In this document: one piece after another, positions 36,601-43,529 of the stretch
How positions within the stretch are numbered: position 1 is the first letter of the stretch
Layout: every line of letters begins with the position of its first letter
DNA from: Prevotella sp.
GTDB taxonomy: Bacteria; Bacteroidota; Bacteroidia; Bacteroidales; Bacteroidaceae
Direction of reading: 5' to 3'
Length of the DNA: 64,000 nt
NCBI GenBank assembly: GCA_017428055.1
Contig: JAFRRN010000002.1
Span: forward strand, 9,803 to 73,802
Program-made: the position numbers and the translations under genes
Notes under the pieces: generated by a model
The model's input: only the letters and a program-made list of their open reading frames with translations
What the model was told of the DNA's origin: nothing
The model's database searches: none

Positions 36601-37228
36601 TGGCGTTTTTCAGGTATGCGTCGCCAGCATAACAGCTCTTTCCAAGATAGTTCTCTATGGTCTTGCCAATGTTACTGGGGCGTAAACTCACCTTGTTCGA
36701 CGTGTTCTTGCCATCGACAAAGATACGACCATACGCTGCTCGCTGCATGAAGATGACATTGTGCCAACGCCCTTTCTCTATCAACGTATTGGATGTAAAG
36801 GTCTCCTCACCCTCATAATTCGTCTCGGTGATGGCAAAACGGCTGTCCTTGGCACTAAGGAAGAGGTAGCCTTCAGCGGAAGACTTGGCAAAACACCAGA
36901 TGAAATTACCATTTCCCGTCACATCGGTCTCCTCGGGAATGTACACATTGACGGAAATGGCATAGTTCTCATCCAACGACCCTATCAAGTCGCCTACTGC
37001 TTCCCCAAACTCAAAATAGCCATTTTCTGCCCCCAAGTCAAGCACTTGGTGGTTGGAAAACGTGGAAAGGGAAGCCCCCGATTGCAGTGTTCCCGTATAC
37101 TTTCCTGTGGCATCATGGGTAGAAAGGAAGTCGAACTGTACCATGATGCTGTCGCCTTCTGCCCTTGTCATGATGCTTGCCAGCACCAACAAGACGATAA
37201 ACGATAATCTTTTCATAATGGTTTGCAC
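33662..37228 (-). CDS. Multidomain glycoside hydrolase: LamG-like, Ig-like, two GH43-type five-bladed propeller modules, probable T9SS CTD
   Basis: Signal peptide. N-terminal LamG-like region (GNFIWCFAKS...RIFNYSL). First propeller RDPHILRGHDGWFYMVNTDM...VWAPETIWD. Second NPIIPDFHADPEVLF...NAWAPCIEEK...REGTYVFYRNGIYYFLWS...GTGHNSIV. C-terminal ...GIFIRKETLENGKVRSIKIVR. Confidence 0.88.
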   Translation of the reverse strand: MQTIMKRLSFIVLLVLASIMTRAEGDSIMVQFDFLSTHDATGKYTGTLQSGASLSTFSNHQVLDLGAENGYFEFGEAVGDLIGSLDENYAISVNVYIPEETDVTGNGNFIWCFAKSSAEGYLFLSAKDSRFAITETNYEGEETFTSNTLIEKGRWHNVIFMQRAAYGRIFVDGKNTSNKVSLRPSNIGKTIENYLGKSCYAGDAYLKNAKYSDFRIFNYSLDARTITSLRALSDEMNEYEDSLRMLRTMQSFTMPDMSELIEDITLPTTWEGIKITWRSSNERIITSDGHITRPPYGYPKATATLTATLTYSNIVVEKVFEVGVMPEYSDEEIVSHDTEWLQLNGQSHVYEHVNLPTVGVFGSVIFWKSSLPEWMSDDGRVLQQPMEENKEVTLTATLMRGKAKATKEFIVNIRPKEPYENYLFVYFPSNSDENIYYAISEDGYNYTPLNWGNRVVAADTIALKEGVRDPHILRGHDGWFYMVNTDMKSAEGWDSNRGIVMMKSRDLIHWTHSTVHFPERFAHSDFADGLTRVWAPETIWDADAGKYMVYFSLRTGKKDPIPYDKVYYCYANDDFTDLETFPVYMYDRGSATIDMDIIYNENDSLYHAFYKTEGEGGICKVTAKHLTAAPGEPLGSQWSTPSETLQQTSVSVEGAGVFKLINKDTWTLMYDCYTSGYYQFCSSEDLENFRFVRNTYTFGAFTPRHGTVIPITKAETEALIAAFPYNMSAAIKGAKDIQVRQGDVEINGTEVFIPVMQGTDITLYDPQIAVSAGATLSPLGKQDFSKGAVTYIVSNGETTNTYQVTVEADGNPIIPDFHADPEVLFSQKTGRFYIYPTTDGYESWGGYSFDVFSSPDLVHFTNEGTFLNLKSGGDVPWATGNAWAPCIEEKWMDGKWKYFFYFSGQNKTLGKKTLGVATAESPTGSFIAKKTPLFTSSNAGQMIDSDVFTDPVSGQTYFYYGNGRMCYRLLSDDMMSVVGEEYNITPTGGSLADYAFREGTYVFYRNGIYYFLWSVDDTGATNYHVAYGTSTSPTGPIKVASQPIVIIQKPESHIYGTGHNSIVNVPGTDDWYIVYHRINKNYLYNGPGIHREVCVDKLTFDAEGKINPVTPTRQGIAPVKIDNVEELVSGISQAEGSLPNDVLGHTVRVEYLGINGCSLGNQPPIGHGIFIRKETLENGKVRSIKIVR

Positions 37229-37242
37229 TTATCGTATCATAC

Positions 37243-37300
37243 AAAAAGTGAAGAGTTGTAATCTACTTTTCTGTAATGAAAGTAAATTATAACTCTTCAC
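37243..37300 (-). terminator. Terminator candidate after small ORF and cohesin-like gene
   Basis: gtgaagagtt / aactcttcac perfect 10-bp stem (37248-37257, 37291-37300) with an inner tacttt/aaagta pairing. On the minus strand it is followed by ttttt (37243-37247). Confidence 0.55.
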
Positions 37301-37319
37301 TTGGTTATCTTATGCTATC

Positions 37320-37499
37320 TTATTCGTCCCAGACGCTGAAATTGTTTTCCTTACCTGCGGGATCCATGGAACCGTCATCATCAACACCGCCATAGCCGAT
37401 GCCTTGGTCTGGTCCAAACACACCACTTGCCTGCAACAAATCCTCCTCTGTCTGACTGGAAACAATTGTGAGGATGGGGGAAATATATGTCTTTTTCAT
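37320..37499 (-). CDS. Small acidic ORF (59 aa), below the ORF-track threshold
   Basis: Hand translation gives MKKTYISPILTIVSSQTEEDLLQASGVFGPDQGIGYGGVDDDGSMDPAGKENNFSVWDE-stop. It starts 13 nt after the stop of 37512-38717 and lies upstream of the terminator hairpin. Confidence 0.4.
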   Translation of the reverse strand: MKKTYISPILTIVSSQTEEDLLQASGVFGPDQGIGYGGVDDDGSMDPAGKENNFSVWDE

Positions 37500-37511
37500 C
37501 TTCGTAGGATT

Positions 37512-38717
37512 TTATTTTTTAACAACTTTCTTACCATTCACAATATAAACGCCACGCTGCAGACGGTCGGCATTCTTGCCTACATTCATGCCGCTAACAG
37601 AGTAGATGTCGTCATTTCCAGCCTCAACCTTTGTGCTCACACCCTCGATGGATGTAGGAGTTCCACCAATGCTGAAGGAAATCTTTGCACCGGCATTTTC
37701 CACGCTTGACAAGACGTCAAACAACTCGAAGTATGCGCGGAAAGCTTTCATCTTTGTCTTTCCTGTGGAATACCAGAACTTGTTGTTTGCCAAGAACAAT
37801 CCCAAGTCGGGAACAACTGTATTAGCAGCATAAGTACCGTACATATAACTTCTAATACGAGAAGAATGTCTTACTTCTGTACATGGCTCTTCATCTGCTG
37901 CAATATTAACCCTTTCAACGATAAACGGATAGGTAGCGGCCGTGGTCTTTATGATATAAGGATGGTTAGCCTCAATAGCTGTTACAGGATCGAAGGAGAC
38001 ATTAATGACTGAAATATCACCATTTTCGTTCTCACCTGTTTCCCAATCAGCAAAGTCACCAAGCTCAACACCGTCACCGAAAGCAGCCTTCACTTGCTCC
38101 TCTGTCATATCAAATGGCAGGCAGATAGTACTCCATTCGCCATCCGTAAAGGCACGGTATACGCGAACATCAACATCGTTAGCATCTTCAGGAGCGGCTT
38201 CCTCTGTATCATAAAGGTCAACATACCCTGCATTCTCATCAATAATGATTTTGAAATCCACATTAGGAAGGTCGAACTGGGTACCGTCGTACTCCGGGAA
38301 GATCAACTCGTAAGCGCTGGCATCAAGTTCAGTACCAGGAGTCAAAGAAGCATCAGCATAGATGGTAAATGATACCAATACCCCCTCATGGTCTGTAATA
38401 GGCTCATTACCTGTACCGTTACCAAAAGAGAATGTAGCAAAGCGATAATGGCTATTACCCAAATCATTGCTACCCACAATGAAAGTGCTGGGGGTAGTAG
38501 GACCGCTTACGGCATTCGCAACATCTGCAGTAATGCCTTCTGGGAATTGCAAATCCAATTGATAAGCGCAAATCCTCTCGCTATCAAAGTGGTACATCAA
38601 GACGACATCAGCGCGTCCACCGGGACGAACCCTCACGTCGTCAATCGTCACATAGTTGTCAGCAGAGGCATTGAGCGCCAATGCGACCAAAGAGAAAAAC
38701 AATAATACTTTTTTCAT
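37512..38717 (-). CDS. Cohesin-like module protein with T9SS CTD
   Basis: Signal MKKVLLFFSLVALALNASA. N-terminal ~145 aa VTIDDVRVRPGGRADVVLMYHFDSERICAYQLDLQFPEGI...GVLVSFTIYADASLTPGTELD...NVDFKIII resembles cohesin jelly-roll modules. The middle domain (EWSTICLPFDM...NHPYIIK...FRAYFE) is shared with the C10 peptidase tail. C-terminus IYSVSGMNVGKNADRLQRGVYIVNGKKVVKK. Confidence 0.8.
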   Translation of the reverse strand: MKKVLLFFSLVALALNASADNYVTIDDVRVRPGGRADVVLMYHFDSERICAYQLDLQFPEGITADVANAVSGPTTPSTFIVGSNDLGNSHYRFATFSFGNGTGNEPITDHEGVLVSFTIYADASLTPGTELDASAYELIFPEYDGTQFDLPNVDFKIIIDENAGYVDLYDTEEAAPEDANDVDVRVYRAFTDGEWSTICLPFDMTEEQVKAAFGDGVELGDFADWETGENENGDISVINVSFDPVTAIEANHPYIIKTTAATYPFIVERVNIAADEEPCTEVRHSSRIRSYMYGTYAANTVVPDLGLFLANNKFWYSTGKTKMKAFRAYFELFDVLSSVENAGAKISFSIGGTPTSIEGVSTKVEAGNDDIYSVSGMNVGKNADRLQRGVYIVNGKKVVKK

Positions 38718-38801
38718 ATTTTAAATCGATTTAATTATGTTACATAAAAAATTTGACACAAAACGCCACAATAAATTGGTGCGAATATACGATATTCGGG
38801 G

Positions 38802-38809
38802 CAAAGGTA
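38802..38809 (-). promoter_or_regulatory. Bacteroidota -7 promoter box (TAnnTTTG on minus strand)
   Basis: The reverse complement of caaaggta is tacctttg, ~85 nt upstream of the start at 38717. Confidence 0.35.
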
Positions 38810-38916
38810 TGAATAAGTTTTGATAATTCAAAACAATTTATCTGTTTTTTTCATTTATTTTTTGTATAATGTCACTATATTAATATATAAATAATGTGTA
38901 TGTGTTGACATGTTTC

Positions 38917-41778
38917 TTATTTGTTGACATATTTTTTCCCGTCTTTAATGTAGATTCCCTTGGCGGGAGTTGTCACCTGTTGTCCTTGGAGGTTGTATGT
39001 CTTCCCGTTGCCTGGATGTGCTGAGCCATCGGCAGATGGAGTGTCAATACCTAAGGCGAGTTGGTTGAAATCAAAAACGCGCGTCTCCATGGTATAGAGT
39101 GCCGAGACATCCTCGTATGAGAGAATGCGGTCATAGATCATGAGGTCATCGACGCAGATGTCTGCCGACCCTATCTTTGTGTCATATCCGAAATAGAAAT
39201 AGCGGCAGTTAGGGATATGGTCTAATATAAGGTTGAAGTCGCACTTCGACTTCGAGCTGACCGTCACGCCATCCAACTCTCCCGTGTAAGACATAGATGT
39301 CTTATTCGACCTATTGACATACAGCTTGATGCCATCGGCTCGCGAGATGGTCACCACGACATGGTTCCATGCCCCCACGGGGATTTGCGACGACAATTTG
39401 CGACTCTCTGGGTTGTTAATGTCAAACCAATTACCCGCATTGTCGGCATATCCGAAATACGAGTTGCCCGTCATGAAGAACCGTTTGACGGGATTATAGT
39501 TATAGAAACTGAAAATGTCATTGACAAGGTCGTCGGTATTGCGCTTGAGCCAGAACGACAACGTGATGCCATCCCCTATCGAGCCTTGGTAGAATGGGTT
39601 GGCAACCTGCACGTAGCTGCTCTTGGCATAAGTTCCCTCATACTGGTGAACGAATTGCCCTGTACGTTCATGGTCGGAGAGCAATACGGGTTTCGTCCCC
39701 CCGCTTTTCGATAAGAGGGTGGCACGTTGGTTGGTGTTATAGCTATTGGTCAACGGCTGTTCGTCGAAAGCATAATAAGCCACCATCCCTGTGGCATAGT
39801 CGCCTGTGGGTACGGTCTCTGCCTTGGCTCTCACGGTATATGTCTGCGACCAATAATAGTTGCCGCAAGTCAGTCTTCCTGTGAGTGTCACCATCGAGTC
39901 TGTTTCTAATCCCGCGGGATTATACTTCCCCTCCTCGTCGATGATGTCTGGTGCGCTTGAAGTCCAAGCCAAATCCACATTGTCTTGTAGGTTGAAACCA
40001 TACAGATTCAAATTACCACTGACCGTCCGATAGTTGCTTACGGGGATGGTTGAATTGTTGAGCGTGTAAGCGATGGCATAATCGTCGCGCATCTTATAAG
40101 CCCACATGTTCAGGCCTGTCGTGGCACTGACGGCGGTGATGGCGACCGCCTTGATGGTGGTGAGTTCCAGTTGTTGCTCCACTACCACGCCCTTATACGT
40201 GTTGCCATTGAAGGAAAGGGTGATGTACGACGTGCCACCCGTGGTGTTCCACCGCCCCGTATACTGCCCCGTAATGGTGCCATCGGCATTGAGACGGATG
40301 GTGACGGGAGTCACTTGTTCCATGTTCTCCCTGTCAATGCCATACTTGTGAACCATCAATTGGTATGTTCCCAAGATGTCGCTGTCATCGAAGCGCTGGC
40401 GCGAGGCGACGGAATCATTGTTCCATTTCTCCCCATTATACTCGAAGGGCGCGGCGACAAGCCAGCCATTCTCGTTGAGGAACAACTGGTGGACACGCAC
40501 CTGGTGTCCCTCGCCCGCATTGTGGAAACGGGTGTGATACACAAGATAAGCGTTACCATCCTCCGCGTCAATGACGGAGTTATGGCCCTGTGCCGTCTCG
40601 CCATAGTCGCCCACGGCGACATACCCCCACTCTCCGTATGCTCCAAGCAATTTCTCGCCACGGGTGTCAGAGTTCAAACCATAGTTCAGGGCATAGCGTG
40701 TGTAAATGGCACTCGTTCCCTTCGTGTCGGTATATGGCCCATCGGGGTTGCTGCTACGGAACACGCGCATCTCATAACCGCCATTGGCTTGCAACTCGCC
40801 GTAGGTGACAAAGAGGTAATAGTGGTTACCTATATGCTCAATATACGATGCTTCGCCCGATACATAATATCCTCCTGCAATCTTCTTCCCAAAATAGGGG
40901 TCGGATGTCACGCCCTGTCCCTTGCTGGAATAGTCGCTGCTATATGTGACATCATAGTCACGCAACCCCGTCTCCTCATTGAGTTGCAACATCCAGATGC
41001 CACCCGACCATGAGCCGTATGACATCCAAAGGTTGCCCTCCTCGTCATAGAACACGCAGGGGTCAATGGCATGAGGCCAATAACTGCCCCATTTGTTGCC
41101 TTGGTTATAACGGTCTGGCAAGGCTGACAAAGTGCCAAGAGCCAGTTGCAAGTCGGTCTTTTGGTAGGAGATGTTGGCATTGGTGGTGTTGATGAATCCC
41201 GTTATCACCACAGGGCCTTGGTAGACGTATGGCCCATTGATGGCGTCTGCCGTGAGCAGGATGATGCTGGAGTTCCACGAGGAGCCGTTGATGCTGAGGT
41301 AAAGGCACCATTTCTGCATCTTTTCATTATAAATAATGTCGGGAGCCCACATGTTTCCGTCGATGTTATAGTCACCTCCGTATGCGGCAGACCACCCGTA
41401 TGCGTTGAAGTCAGTGAATGCCACCTCCTTGCCATTGATGACGATGGTTTTCACTTGCGGCGTGACAAACGCCTCGGTATTGCCCACCGAACCGACGGTA
41501 CCATTGGCATTGGGAACGCCCCAAGTGGTGCTGACATTCGTCCAGCTCTGCATATTCCGCGAGCGAGCCTGTGCACGATGCGAGCCAAAGATATAATAAT
41601 ATTGGTCTGTGGGATTATAGACGACCGACGGGTCATGCACACTCACACGCGACATCGTAATATTCCGATACATCGACTTGGCTTCGGCGGAGGTCACCTC
41701 CACTTGCGCCCATGCAAGAGATGCCCAGGAAGCCAAGAGCGTGGAAACTGCAAACGTAACTAATCTATTCATTTTCAT
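38917..41778 (-). CDS. GH43-family (endo-arabinanase-like) glycoside hydrolase with LamG-like domain and T9SS CTD
   Basis: Signal peptide. VHDPSVVYNPTDQYYYIFGSH, MWAPDIIYNEKMQKWCLYLS, IDPCVFYDEEGNLWMSYGSWSGGIWMLQL and EASYIEHIGNHYYLFVTYG are GH43 propeller motifs. LamG-like ITLSFWLKRN...WNHVVVTISRADGIKLYVN...DDLMIYDRIL. C-terminus TYNLQGQQVTTPAKGIYIKDGKKYVNK. Confidence 0.9.
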   Translation of the reverse strand: MKMNRLVTFAVSTLLASWASLAWAQVEVTSAEAKSMYRNITMSRVSVHDPSVVYNPTDQYYYIFGSHRAQARSRNMQSWTNVSTTWGVPNANGTVGSVGNTEAFVTPQVKTIVINGKEVAFTDFNAYGWSAAYGGDYNIDGNMWAPDIIYNEKMQKWCLYLSINGSSWNSSIILLTADAINGPYVYQGPVVITGFINTTNANISYQKTDLQLALGTLSALPDRYNQGNKWGSYWPHAIDPCVFYDEEGNLWMSYGSWSGGIWMLQLNEETGLRDYDVTYSSDYSSKGQGVTSDPYFGKKIAGGYYVSGEASYIEHIGNHYYLFVTYGELQANGGYEMRVFRSSNPDGPYTDTKGTSAIYTRYALNYGLNSDTRGEKLLGAYGEWGYVAVGDYGETAQGHNSVIDAEDGNAYLVYHTRFHNAGEGHQVRVHQLFLNENGWLVAAPFEYNGEKWNNDSVASRQRFDDSDILGTYQLMVHKYGIDRENMEQVTPVTIRLNADGTITGQYTGRWNTTGGTSYITLSFNGNTYKGVVVEQQLELTTIKAVAITAVSATTGLNMWAYKMRDDYAIAYTLNNSTIPVSNYRTVSGNLNLYGFNLQDNVDLAWTSSAPDIIDEEGKYNPAGLETDSMVTLTGRLTCGNYYWSQTYTVRAKAETVPTGDYATGMVAYYAFDEQPLTNSYNTNQRATLLSKSGGTKPVLLSDHERTGQFVHQYEGTYAKSSYVQVANPFYQGSIGDGITLSFWLKRNTDDLVNDIFSFYNYNPVKRFFMTGNSYFGYADNAGNWFDINNPESRKLSSQIPVGAWNHVVVTISRADGIKLYVNRSNKTSMSYTGELDGVTVSSKSKCDFNLILDHIPNCRYFYFGYDTKIGSADICVDDLMIYDRILSYEDVSALYTMETRVFDFNQLALGIDTPSADGSAHPGNGKTYNLQGQQVTTPAKGIYIKDGKKYVNK

Positions 41779-41795
41779 TCTTTAGGTTTATGCCG

Positions 41796-41803
41796 CAAAA
41801 TTA
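41796..41803 (-). promoter_or_regulatory. Bacteroidota -7 promoter box (TAnnTTTG on minus strand)
   Basis: The reverse complement of caaaatta is taattttg, 17 nt upstream of the start codon at 41776-41778. Confidence 0.45.
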
Positions 41804-41938
41804 TAAAAAACTAACGAGAGCGCAAAATGTTTATTTGACAACTTGCTTGAAGAGCCTTTTTTTAGCCGTTATGGAGGGATGCTATGGCATTCAAGTGAAA
41901 AAAACAGCAATTCATTTGCAGATAAAAATGATTATGGT

Positions 41939-41946
41939 TAAATTTG
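41939..41946 (+). promoter_or_regulatory. Bacteroidota -7 promoter box (TAnnTTTG)
   Basis: taaatttg, 39 nt upstream of ATG 41985. It supports the internal start over the 41790 ORF start. Confidence 0.45.
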
Positions 41947-41984
41947 TGGTGTTAAATCATGAACTAACTTCAATTCATTATACC

Positions 41985-43076
41985 ATGCAGAACGTAGATT
42001 TCAACCAAATCATGCCGCAGTTTAAAATCGACGGCATCGTGACATCCATCAAGCCTTTGGGCAACGGACTTATCAACGACACGTACAAAGTCATCACCGA
42101 AGGCGACAAGCCTGACTATGTGTTGCAACGAATCAATGACGCCATCTTCACACAGGTAGACCTGTTGCAAAACAACATTGACATAGTGACACGCCACATC
42201 CGGCGCAAACTGGAGGAAAGGGGAGAGAGCGATATTGACCGCAAGGTGCTACATTTCGTGGAAACGACCGATGGAAAGAACTATTACCGAGACCAAGAGG
42301 GGAGGTATTGGAGAATGATGGTTTTCATCCCCAACGCCCAGACCTTTGAGACCGTAGACCCCAAATATTCCTACTTGGCGGGCGTGGCGTTTGGCGATTT
42401 TGAGCAGATGCTGACCGACATCCCCGTGGAATTGGGCGACACCATCCCCAATTTCCACAACATGGAGTATCGTATGCAACAACTTCGTGAAGTAGTCAAG
42501 CAAGACCCAGTGGGCAGGGTAGGGGGCGTAAAGGACATCCTCGACCTCTTCGAGCAAGACTCCGAGCGCATGTGCCAGGCGGAACGGCTTCACCGAGAGG
42601 GCAAGCTTCCCAAGCGTATCTGCCATTGCGACACGAAGGTGAACAACATGATGTTTGACGCAGACGACGGTCGTTTCCTCCTCGTCATAGACCTTGACAC
42701 GGTGATGCCGAGCCTTTTCTATTCCGACTATGGTGACTTCTTGCGCTCTGCCGCTAACACCACGGCAGAGGATGACCCCAACTTGGACAATGTACATTTC
42801 AACGAGGAAATCTTCAAGGCATTCACGAAGGGCTATATCGAGTCGGCGGGCAAGTTCCTCACGCCCTTGGAGAGGGAGTTGTTGCCGTATGCCGTCGAGT
42901 TGTTCCCCTTCATGCAGAGCGTCAGGTTTATGTGGGACTACCTCAGCGGCGACCATTACTGGAAGTGCAAATATCCCACGCACAACCTCGACCGCTCGCG
43001 CAACCAGTTGAGACTCTACCAAGAAGTCTCCAAACATGAGGCAATGATGGCAGAGTTCATTGCCAGCCTTGATTGA
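41985..43076 (+). CDS. Aminoglycoside-phosphotransferase-fold sugar kinase, N-acetylhexosamine 1-kinase-like
   Basis: GNGLINDTYKV...YVLQRINDAIF nucleotide-binding region. Catalytic loop ICHCDTKVNNMMFD and LVIDLDTV (HxDxxxxN, DxD). Size ~363 aa. Confidence 0.8.
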   Translation: MQNVDFNQIMPQFKIDGIVTSIKPLGNGLINDTYKVITEGDKPDYVLQRINDAIFTQVDLLQNNIDIVTRHIRRKLEERGESDIDRKVLHFVETTDGKNYYRDQEGRYWRMMVFIPNAQTFETVDPKYSYLAGVAFGDFEQMLTDIPVELGDTIPNFHNMEYRMQQLREVVKQDPVGRVGGVKDILDLFEQDSERMCQAERLHREGKLPKRICHCDTKVNNMMFDADDGRFLLVIDLDTVMPSLFYSDYGDFLRSAANTTAEDDPNLDNVHFNEEIFKAFTKGYIESAGKFLTPLERELLPYAVELFPFMQSVRFMWDYLSGDHYWKCKYPTHNLDRSRNQLRLYQEVSKHEAMMAEFIASLD

Positions 43077-43240
43077 CGGCATCCTCTTACGCATTCCATA
43101 AATACCTTAGATACCCTGATGGGAAAGCCCCATCTGCCCAATTTGGGCGGGTGGGGTTGCCTGTTTCCATCGCCCAAGGAGGCATCTATGTGTTCCCAAG
43201 GTGTGTAAAAGGACATCGATAATCGTTTGTTTACGTATGG

Positions 43241-43330
43241 TAAACAGTTTGTTTTTGCATGGTAAACAATTTGTTTTCCATACGCAAACAAATTGTTTAT
43301 GGTGCCTCCGCCAAGGGTAAACAAATACAT
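43241..43330. promoter_or_regulatory. Array of AAACA-N3-TGTTT palindromes (candidate operator)
   Basis: taaacagtttgttt (43241-43254), taaacaatttgttt (43263-43276) and aaacaaattgttta (43286-43299) are spaced about 22 bp apart, with a half-site-like gtaaacaaatacat at 43317-43330. They lie 160-250 nt upstream of the C10 peptidase promoter. Confidence 0.4.
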
Positions 43331-43488
43331 TGCCGGGCCGATAGGTATCATCCAGGCATTTCAGGGGCGGCAAATATCGTGTCTTTGGGTGGATTCTAAT
43401 GCGAGCGTGAGCCACGTTCACTATCCGTGAATGCCGCCAATTAATGATTTTTTACTATACTTGTAGCCTATGATTCAACAAAAACCAT

Positions 43489-43496
43489 TAATTTTG
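43489..43496 (+). promoter_or_regulatory. Bacteroidota -7 promoter box (TAnnTTTG)
   Basis: taattttg, 34 nt upstream of ATG 43530 and downstream of the ORF-track start at 43470. Confidence 0.45.
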
Positions 43497-43529
43497 CAGC
43501 GATTATTAGCTTTTTTTGTTGTAGACAAG

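Noticed and set aside
41790-41984. N-terminal extensions suggested by the ORF track: 41790 for the kinase, 43470 for the C10 peptidase, 60560 (TTG) for the MmeI-like gene, 59768 for carB, 11021 for the tail-fiber-like gene, and 14779, 15785 and 17936 (TTG) for the others.
   Set aside because: In each case an internal ATG gives a canonical N-terminus or signal peptide. Where a consensus TAnnTTTG box is present (kinase, C10 peptidase, MmeI-like, 15785), it lies downstream of or overlapping the extended start; for 14779 the box is upstream and does not discriminate.
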